Part shown: piece by piece, positions 1 through 5,938 of the stretch | Position numbering within the stretch: the first letter of the stretch is position 1 | Layout: each line of letters begins with the position of its first letter | NCBI GenBank assembly: GCA_025839675.1 | Contig: CP104013.1 | Location: 3,540,001-3,572,000 of the forward strand | DNA: 32,000 nucleotides | Reading direction: 5' to 3' | From: Candidatus Lokiarchaeum ossiferum | GTDB lineage: Archaea > Asgardarchaeota > Lokiarchaeia > Sigyniarchaeales > Promethearchaeaceae | Program-made: the position numbers and the translations under genes | The notes under the pieces: model-generated | The model's input: only the letters and a program-made list of their open reading frames with translations | The model's database searches: none | Told to the model about the DNA's origin: nothing

Positions 1-2
1 AA

Positions 3-560
3 AAAGATAGGATAAGGGATGAACGTAAGCGATTAAATCAAGAGAAAGATGATTTAAACAAAGTCCGTGATCGGATTCAAGATGAAAAAGATGCTTTAAG
101 AAAGAAACGGAAGCAAGAAGAAGATCGTATGAACAAAATCCAACGAAATGCTGCTGATGATCTCAAAAAAACACAACAAAAACGAAAACAAGCAGAAAAT
201 GAATGGAATAATTATCGTAAAAAAATTCCTGAAGCCGAACGGAAACTGCGTTCAATGGAGAAAAAGGTTGATGACGCTAAAGGAGATTGGAATCGTATCA
301 AACGTGATAATGATCAATTGAAAAATGAAAATAAACACCTTCAAAATGATAATCGACGAATCAATGATGAAAAGAAACGTCTAAGAAAAGAACGAAATGA
401 CATTGAAAATGAAAAGTCTAAAATCAAGCGATTGGAGAAAGACCTCGAGGGAAGGATGCGCAAAGTTCAAAATTTACAAAAAGATTTAGAGAATCAAATT
501 CAAAAGGCGAAAATAAAATCTAAAACCCCTGGAATTCGGTCTAAAACTCCAGGTTGGTAA
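3..560 (+). CDS. C-terminal part of a highly charged coiled-coil protein (5' end lies outside the window)
   Basis: The frame of the 129..560 track ORF stays open back to the window edge (KDRIRDERKRLNQEKDDLNK...). The sequence is K/R/E/D/N/Q-rich and heptad-like throughout. It ends in a tandem KSKTPG(I/W) motif and is followed by a T9 tract. Confidence 0.6.
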   Translation, partial: KDRIRDERKRLNQEKDDLNKVRDRIQDEKDALRKKRKQEEDRMNKIQRNAADDLKKTQQKRKQAENEWNNYRKKIPEAERKLRSMEKKVDDAKGDWNRIKRDNDQLKNENKHLQNDNRRINDEKKRLRKERNDIENEKSKIKRLEKDLEGRMRKVQNLQKDLENQIQKAKIKSKTPGIRSKTPGW

Positions 561-561
561 C

Positions 562-577
562 TTTTTTTTTCCTTTTT
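562..577 (+). terminator. oligo-T tract (T9 then T5) after the coiled-coil gene
   Basis: The sequence c-ttttttttt-cc-ttttt lies directly after the stop at 558-560. Archaeal RNA polymerase terminates at oligo-T runs. Confidence 0.45.
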
Positions 578-589
578 CTCTAACACGTT

Positions 590-1558
590 TTAATCCAAAA
601 AGAGATGGAACAGATCCTTAATAACATCCAAATGGGCTAAAAAGTCCCAATTCTTGAATAAAAAAGGTTTAATTTGCTCTTTAAACATTTGAGCCCAATC
701 ATGGTCACCCAATGCTTTTGAAATAATCGTGATATAATGTTTTAGGGATGTATTGAACAAATCAATCATAATTTCTATGTCTACATCTTCAACCTTCATC
801 TCAAATAATTTATTTCGATTTGCTTCCACAAAGATGATCTTTTCTTTTTTCATATCTACACGAGGGATAAAGATATGCAATATTTCAAAAGTTTTTTCGA
901 ATCCTTCCTTTCTAGACCATGTTTCAAGAATTAACGGCAACTTCTTCAAATTTAGTAAAATATATTTTAGACGCATCCCACTAAATTTATTTTCTACTAT
1001 TCTAATGAGTTTAATAAAGAGATTTTGATAAATTCCCAGTAGATCAAACATCTCACCTAAATTTGTTGATTGATAGGCTCGCTTCCATTGAAAATGGATC
1101 TTTTCGATTCTGGTATGAAATCCATCGAATTGAGTTGTTTCCTTATCCCAGAAGTCCCAAAAAATACCTTTCACTTTGTATTCATTGATAAATACCCGAT
1201 CTAAGACTTTTAATTGGGAAAGAACTAAATGATAATGACTCGGTTGGTCCGTAGCGGCCACATATAACAAGTTTGCCTCAGAATTAATGTAATAAACCCA
1301 ACTTAAATTTCCCATGTTCACCGATTCAATACCTTGGTTTCCCATTTTCATCTCACTGAATTGATTTAGGGCTGATAGCAATCCGGAAATCATTATTCCG
1401 TCTAATTCGCCATCTTGGGAAAAATCATGGTAGAAAATGTTCAATGATGAGTTTTTCTCAATGATCCAGAAATGTTTGATTTGAAATGATTTGATCACTT
1501 TAACCTCATTTCTCAACTTTTTATCTGATTTTTGATGAAACGCCTCATCATATTCCAT
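590..1558 (-). CDS. hypothetical protein, possibly with an N-terminal longin/roadblock-like domain
   Basis: It is a 322-aa ORF convergent with the upstream gene. The N-terminal ~130 aa shows a beta-beta-alpha-beta-beta-alpha pattern (HFWIIEKNSSLNIFYHDF / DGIMISGLLSALNQFS / LSWVYYINSEANLLYVAATD / HLVLSQLKVLDRVFINEY). I recognise no catalytic motif. Confidence 0.55.
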   Translation of the reverse strand: MEYDEAFHQKSDKKLRNEVKVIKSFQIKHFWIIEKNSSLNIFYHDFSQDGELDGIMISGLLSALNQFSEMKMGNQGIESVNMGNLSWVYYINSEANLLYVAATDQPSHYHLVLSQLKVLDRVFINEYKVKGIFWDFWDKETTQFDGFHTRIEKIHFQWKRAYQSTNLGEMFDLLGIYQNLFIKLIRIVENKFSGMRLKYILLNLKKLPLILETWSRKEGFEKTFEILHIFIPRVDMKKEKIIFVEANRNKLFEMKVEDVDIEIMIDLFNTSLKHYITIISKALGDHDWAQMFKEQIKPFLFKNWDFLAHLDVIKDLFHLFLD

Positions 1559-1712
1559 AGGTTATTTAAAATATTCATATATTAAAAATACCACTTTTTT
1601 GTCATCTGGACCAATTTTGGTTTTGAAGAAAGGTTTTTAATGAAAAGATAATTTAATGGGGTTAATTTGCAGTGATTAAATTTTCATTATTATAAATAAG
1701 AAGGAATATCCT

Positions 1713-1823
1713 ATGAATCGCACAAAATCGATAAATTCTCATTCTCACACTTTATCGTTACGTGGATTTTCTCTTCTTGGTTTATTACACTTGCAATTGT
1801 TAGTTCTTCTTCTCTTATTATAG
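1713..1823 (+). CDS. Leu-rich leader peptide (36 aa) upstream of leuA
   Basis: ATG 1713 to TAG 1821-1823 encodes MNRTKSINSHSHTLSLRGFSLLGLLHLQLLVLLLLL. It has 14 Leu in total, and 12 of the last 16 codons are Leu, running right up to the stop. A partial SD (AAGGA, 1701-1705) lies 7 nt upstream. It is not in the ORF track because it is under 60 aa. Confidence 0.6.
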   Translation: MNRTKSINSHSHTLSLRGFSLLGLLHLQLLVLLLLL

Positions 1824-1824
1824 T

Positions 1825-1900
1825 GGCCTCTTAGATTCTTGGCTATTATAATCCATCTTTCTTTTGAATCTAAGGGGCCGCTGTTGAAACATTAGAATTC
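1825..1900 (+). promoter_or_regulatory. alternative RNA pairings between the Leu leader and the leuA SD
   Basis: S1 (1825-1838, GGCCTCTTAGATTC) pairs with S2 (1866-1879, GAATCTAAGGGGCC) over 14 bp with one G.U. S1 starts 2 nt after the leader stop. S2 (1866-1873) can instead pair with S3 (1892-1900, TTAGAATTC) over 8 bp with one bulged A, ending 2 nt before the leuA SD AAGGAG (1903-1908). Confidence 0.5.
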
Positions 1901-1922
1901 AAAAGGAGATTTTAGACAAATT

Positions 1923-3545
1923 ATGACCCAAAATAAAAATATTTCAGTTTCCCAAATGATGGAAAAGATGCAAAATCAAATGAATTTGCCTCCCCACGCC
2001 TACTACTTTGACACTACTCTACGAGATGGTGAGCAAACCCATGGAATTGTATTTAATATGAATGAAAAACTCGAAATTGCCCGGAGTCTAGATAATTTGG
2101 GCATCGATGTGATTGAAGCAGGATTTCCCGTCGTCTCTGATGGCGACTTTCAAGCCTGCAAAGAAATTGTGAAACTTGGCTTAAAGGCAGAAATTGCTGG
2201 ATTGGCTCGATTAAATCAACAAGACATTGATTGCGCTGTAGATGCCGATCTGGATGCCATCCACGTATTTATCGCTACGTCAGATCTGCATTTGAAGAAT
2301 AAATTAAAAATGACTCAAGATCAAGTCCTATCGAAAATTGAAAGCTATGTTTCCAAGGCGAAAGAAAATTTTACCAATGTAGTCTTCTCGGCCGAAGATG
2401 CTACTCGAACAAACTTGGATTTTCTGATTAAATGCAATGAACTCGCTGTAAATTCTGGGGCAACTCGAATCAATATTCCAGATACAGTTGGGACTATTAC
2501 CCCGATGGCGTATGGATACATAATAAAAGAACATTACAATAAGTTGCCTAAAAATATCCGAATTTCGGCACATTGCCATAATGATTTTGGTTTAGGTGTT
2601 GCTAATACCATTGCAGCTTTTGAAAATGGGGCTTCCGAAGCACAAACAACAATCTTAGGTTTAGGTGAACGAGCAGGAAATGCGGCATTTGAAGAAACTG
2701 CCATGTCTTTGTATGCTCTCTATGGATTGAAATCCAATATTATCTATAACAAAATTTATCCCACTGCAAAACTAGTAGAAAGATATTGCGGTGGAAAAAT
2801 TTCGATTGGAAGACTGACTCCTTTGATTGGGAAAAACGCCTTTTCCCATGAGTCTGGTATTCATGCTCATGCAATGATTCAAAATGCTCGAACCTATGAA
2901 CCAATTTCTCCTTCATTATTAGGAATTCCGCGCTCTGATTCCAAATCAGCAATAGTTGCCCAATCTATAAAACTCGGAAAACACACAGGTAATCATGCCT
3001 TGAGGGCTAAAATTAATGAAATAGGTATTATTCCTACGGATGAGCAGTTTTCAACGATTCGGAATAACATTAAAAGGATTGGCGACAAAGGACATGAAAT
3101 TCGAGAGGAAGATTTTCTCGCTATCGTTAAAGATGTGATGGGGGAGATTCCAGAACAAGAAAAATTCGTAATATTAGAAGAATTGACAGTATTGACCGGA
3201 TCAGTTACCCCGACTGCAACGGTTCGGTTGAAAATTCGAAACAATGGAGATTTCATTGAAAGAATTGCCTCCTCCATTGGTAATGGTCCTGTGGATGCCA
3301 GCATCAATGCTATTGTAAAATGTTTTTCCAAAATGTCGAAAATTCTATTGCTCTCATTTGATATTGAAGCCATCACCGGAGGTACTGATGCTTTAGGGCA
3401 TGTATCCATAGAAGTGGAAGATATTGAAACCAATAATATCGTCTCTTCCAATGCGACCCACGAGGATGTGGTCATGAGTGCCGTATTAGCCATGATTAAA
3501 GCCTTGAACAAACTTGTACGGGAAAAAAATTCCTCCCAAGCATAA
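1923..3545 (+). CDS. leuA: 2-isopropylmalate synthase
   Basis: It is 540 aa with the aldolase motifs FDTTLRDGEQ, HCHNDFGLGVANT and GLGERAGNA, plus a C-terminal regulatory (LeuA-dimer type) domain. The SD AAGGAG is at 1903-1908. The leuA-versus-cimA assignment is supported by the Leu-rich leader. Confidence 0.8.
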   Translation: MTQNKNISVSQMMEKMQNQMNLPPHAYYFDTTLRDGEQTHGIVFNMNEKLEIARSLDNLGIDVIEAGFPVVSDGDFQACKEIVKLGLKAEIAGLARLNQQDIDCAVDADLDAIHVFIATSDLHLKNKLKMTQDQVLSKIESYVSKAKENFTNVVFSAEDATRTNLDFLIKCNELAVNSGATRINIPDTVGTITPMAYGYIIKEHYNKLPKNIRISAHCHNDFGLGVANTIAAFENGASEAQTTILGLGERAGNAAFEETAMSLYALYGLKSNIIYNKIYPTAKLVERYCGGKISIGRLTPLIGKNAFSHESGIHAHAMIQNARTYEPISPSLLGIPRSDSKSAIVAQSIKLGKHTGNHALRAKINEIGIIPTDEQFSTIRNNIKRIGDKGHEIREEDFLAIVKDVMGEIPEQEKFVILEELTVLTGSVTPTATVRLKIRNNGDFIERIASSIGNGPVDASINAIVKCFSKMSKILLLSFDIEAITGGTDALGHVSIEVEDIETNNIVSSNATHEDVVMSAVLAMIKALNKLVREKNSSQA

Positions 3546-3578
3546 TCCTCCCCATTAAATTTATATTGATAGTTATTC

Positions 3579-3585
3579 TTTTTTT
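3579..3585 (+). terminator. T7 tract downstream of leuA
   Basis: The sequence agttattc-ttttttt-cat lies 34 nt after the leuA stop and before the SD of the next leader ORF. Confidence 0.35.
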
Positions 3586-3613
3586 CATATTCTCTTTAGG
3601 AGAAACTCAAATA

Positions 3614-3727
3614 ATGTCACAACTAACCTGTCCTCAAAATACCTCCATTGTTAATCTTTCTAAGGTAGGGTTAGGTTTACGCATTATTACCATTATTTCT
3701 TTGATTATTCTTATTATTATCTGCTAA
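3614..3727 (+). CDS. Ile-rich leader peptide (37 aa) upstream of cimA
   Basis: ATG 3614 to TAA 3725-3727 encodes MSQLTCPQNTSIVNLSKVGLGLRIITIISLIILIIIC. It has 10 Ile in total, and 9 of the last 14 codons are Ile. The SD AGGAG (3598-3602) lies 11 nt upstream. It is not in the ORF track. Confidence 0.6.
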   Translation: MSQLTCPQNTSIVNLSKVGLGLRIITIISLIILIIIC

Positions 3728-3735
3728 GATATTAA

Positions 3736-3833
3736 ACTCTTTGCCGATAATAATCTCGTTTTTACGTTTAAATTTTTGGTGAAGGGTGCAGATTTAATTA
3801 GGATATTTTGGAAATCTTGGAAATCACCAAAAA
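3736..3833 (+). promoter_or_regulatory. alternative RNA pairings between the Ile leader and the cimA start
   Basis: S1 (3736-3745) pairs with S2a (3778-3787) over 10 bp including 3 G.U. S2b (3773-3782, TTTTTGGTGA) pairs with S3 (3824-3833, TCACCAAAAA) over 10 bp perfectly. The two S2 arms overlap, so the structures exclude each other. T5 tracts lie at 3759-3763 and 3773-3777. A tandem direct repeat TTGGAAATC x2 lies at 3808-3825. Confidence 0.45.
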
Positions 3834-3849
3834 CTCACAGGAAATCAAA

Positions 3850-5559
3850 ATGAATACTACACTTGTTCAACTTTACGATACTACTTTACGCGATGGCTTA
3901 CAAATGGCCGGAATAGCGCTATCACAGCGAGACAAATACTTACTAGTTCAGATGCTACACAACCAGTTGAATATTAATCATATTGAGATTTACCCGTTTT
4001 CCAACCCGAAAGATCGTGAATTGATTTCCATGGTAAAACAAAACACACCTGAACTTTTGGATGCGTTGGTGGCTTTTGGGTCTACCAGAAATGTGAAAAA
4101 TATCCCTCAAAATGATCCTAATCTACTATCTCTTTCCACTTGTGGGCTGAAAAAAGCCACAATATTTGGGAAATCTTGGATTTTACATTTAGAAGCTATT
4201 CACGCTTCACCAGAGGAAAATTTGGCAATGATTGCTGATTCCGTAACATATCTCAAAGAAGCTGGGTTAACAGTTATCTATGATGCGGAACACTTCTTCG
4301 ATGGATACAACGAAAATCCAAAATATGCTTTAAAAACTTTGTTAGCTGCCGAAAATGCTGGAGCAGATTATCTGATCCTATGTGATACCAATGGAGGATG
4401 CCTTCCCTCTGATATAAAACAAATTGGACAAGAAATATTGAAACATACCAATGTTCCTTTAGGAATCCATACTCACAACGATTCTGGTTTAGCCGTTGCT
4501 AATTCCATAGTCTTTACACAACTGTGTTTAGATGCGGGGCGACGTTGTCAAGTTCAAGGAACCTTAAATGGGATTGGAGAACGATGTGGCAATGCGAACC
4601 TTATCACCTTAATCCCAATTTTGAATCTTAAATTAAATCAAAAAATCATCCAGAAGGATAATTTTGCGAATTTAACTTCCTTAGCAAATGTAACGCTTGA
4701 AATTATGAACTTAAATCCCTCTGCAAATTCTCCTTTTGTGGGATCCAATGCTTTTTCCCATAAAGGTGGAATGCATATAGCCGCTGTTCGGAAAAATAAT
4801 TCTCTCTACGAACATATTAATCCAAAATGTTTAGGAAACAAACGCAAATATTTAATAAGTGAAATGGCCGGACGAAGTGCTCTTTTACAAAAAATGTCTC
4901 AATTCGAGATTCCTGTTGATAAGGATAATCCTCTCCTTGCTGAAATCTTGAAAAAAATTAAGACAAAGGAGTCGAAGGGATATACATACGAAGGTGCGGA
5001 TGCTTCCCTCGAGATTTTGATCCGGAGTTTAATCGCAGATTCAAATCGGGATATTAATTTTTATCGCCAAAAGTTCTTTGAAGTGGATTATTTTAGGGTT
5101 GTTATAGATGCCCGCAATCTATTTAACAAGAATGCTATTTCAGTTTTTACTGATGCAAATGTGAAAACTTCTTTCTTTCAAGGGGATGTTAAACGCGATT
5201 TTCATACAGCGGATTCTGGAAATGGGCCGGTAAGTGCTTTAGATAATGCGCTCCGAAAAGCCTTGATAAATTTCTATCCTGCGTTAAACGAAATCGAGTT
5301 ATCTGATTTCAAAGTACGCATCAGCAATGTCTATGATAGTGATCATGGTACTGCCTCCCGTGTTCGAGTTTTAGTAGAAACTAAAGATCTAGATGGGCAG
5401 ATATGGAATACAGTTGGAGTGCATTCAAACATTATATTGGCCTCATTTATTGCCTTAGTCGATTCATTTATTTATAAATTACTTAAGAATAATGTCAATC
5501 CAGTGGAACATCAGAGTTCAGTGGAAGTACCTGAGGTGAAATCAGCGATAAAAATGTAG
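3850..5559 (+). CDS. cimA: LeuA-related long-form synthase, probably (R)-citramalate synthase
   Basis: From ATG 3850 it reads MNTTLVQLYDTTLRDGLQ, with HTHNDSGLAVANS, NGIGERCGNANL and a C-terminal regulatory domain. It resembles the LeuA-related branch that contains Geobacter-type CimA (IE..P.SNPKD motif). The track ORF starts at an upstream in-frame TTG at 3808. The Ile-rich leader supports an isoleucine-pathway role. Confidence 0.62.
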   Translation: MNTTLVQLYDTTLRDGLQMAGIALSQRDKYLLVQMLHNQLNINHIEIYPFSNPKDRELISMVKQNTPELLDALVAFGSTRNVKNIPQNDPNLLSLSTCGLKKATIFGKSWILHLEAIHASPEENLAMIADSVTYLKEAGLTVIYDAEHFFDGYNENPKYALKTLLAAENAGADYLILCDTNGGCLPSDIKQIGQEILKHTNVPLGIHTHNDSGLAVANSIVFTQLCLDAGRRCQVQGTLNGIGERCGNANLITLIPILNLKLNQKIIQKDNFANLTSLANVTLEIMNLNPSANSPFVGSNAFSHKGGMHIAAVRKNNSLYEHINPKCLGNKRKYLISEMAGRSALLQKMSQFEIPVDKDNPLLAEILKKIKTKESKGYTYEGADASLEILIRSLIADSNRDINFYRQKFFEVDYFRVVIDARNLFNKNAISVFTDANVKTSFFQGDVKRDFHTADSGNGPVSALDNALRKALINFYPALNEIELSDFKVRISNVYDSDHGTASRVRVLVETKDLDGQIWNTVGVHSNIILASFIALVDSFIYKLLKNNVNPVEHQSSVEVPEVKSAIKM

Positions 5560-5622
5560 GAATTGATCAAAACTTTCTGGTTTCAATAGCAAAGTACCAG
5601 AGATAAAAATGACATTTAAAGA

Positions 5623-5628
5623 TTTTTT
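5623..5628 (+). terminator. T6 tract downstream of cimA
   Basis: The sequence ga-tttttt-aacg lies about 65 nt after the cimA stop. Confidence 0.3.
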
Positions 5629-5781
5629 AACGAAATTCATTCTAATTGCTCAATATTAGAATAAAATATTTTTAGTGAATTTTGAGATTTAATACTTGTA
5701 ATATAGTATTTCAATTTTGATAATTGGGGCATTTTCAAAAAGTTTAATTACTTTTCTTACTTTTAGTAAAACAATATCTTT

Positions 5782-5934
5782 GGAGCCAATCTTAATGTCT
5801 AAAATATTTCACGCTCGAAAAATTCCATTCTTTCTTTTAAAAATTCGCGTGATTTTAGTCATTTTACTTGTACTTATTATTATTTGCTAGATTGGCTCCT
5901 TATCGATTATACTTTATTAGTTGGTAAGGAGTTG
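5782..5934 (+). promoter_or_regulatory. mutually exclusive pairings: a leader-bracketing stem versus an ilvB SD-sequestering hairpin
   Basis: A (5782-5792, GGAGCCAATCT) pairs with B (5889-5899, AGATTGGCTCC) over 11 bp perfectly, enclosing the whole leader ORF. B' (5893-5909) pairs with C (5918-5934) over 17 bp (11 Watson-Crick, 6 G.U) with an 8-nt loop. C contains the ilvB SD AAGGAG (5926-5931). B and B' overlap. Confidence 0.55.
5795..5890 (+). CDS. Ile/Leu/Val-rich leader peptide (31 aa) upstream of ilvB
   Basis: ATG 5795 to TAG 5888-5890 encodes MSKIFHARKIPFFLLKIRVILVILLVLIIIC. Twelve of the last 13 codons are I, L or V. The SD GGAG (5782-5785) lies 9 nt upstream. Its last ~20 nt (CTTATTATTATTTGCTAG) nearly match the end of the Ile leader (CTTATTATTATCTGCTAA). 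Confidence 0.65.
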   Translation: MSKIFHARKIPFFLLKIRVILVILLVLIIIC

Positions 5935-5938
5935 AACA

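Noticed and set aside
753-1028. A 91-aa plus-strand ORF lies inside the 590..1558 minus-strand gene.
   Set aside because: It is an antisense shadow ORF with low-complexity I/F/S-rich content typical of the reverse strand of an AT-rich gene. It has no SD.
1686-1697. TATA-box-like strings (for example ATTATTATAAAT at 1686-1697, ATTTATAT at 3558-3565, TTTAATTA at 5743-5750) as promoters for the leader transcripts.
   Set aside because: In DNA this AT-rich, such strings occur everywhere and the spacing to the sORFs is only roughly right. They are not supportable as features without transcript-start data.
2328-3511. Minus-strand ORFs (2328..2579, 2740..2952, 2993..3511) lie within leuA.
   Set aside because: They fall entirely inside a strongly supported leuA coding region and have no recognisable motifs. 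They are antisense shadows. The same reasoning applies to the other internal antisense track ORFs: 7309..7653, 7843..8043, 9085..9333, 9402..9716, 9412..9735, 10076..10435, 10885..11094, 11266..11615, 12314..12679, 15268..15588, 16014..16250, 16663..16878, 17346..17690, 18906..19097, 19919..20152, 20940..21176, 21813..22016, the ORFs at 23118..25101 and 25856..26092, 26926..27111, 28055..29035 and 31182..31364.
3808-3849. A TTG start at 3808 for cimA (MEILEITKNSQEIK...), as given in the ORF track.
   Set aside because: The conserved protein begins right after ATG 3850 (MNTTLVQLYDTTLRDG). The extra 14 codons coincide with a TTGGAAATC tandem repeat and a predicted regulatory helix. I cannot fully exclude this start.
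5609-5659. A 16-aa sORF (MTFKDFLTKFILIAQY) lies between cimA and the ILV leader.
   Set aside because: It shows no amino-acid bias matching a pathway product and has no SD. It overlaps a T6 tract and is probably fortuitous.
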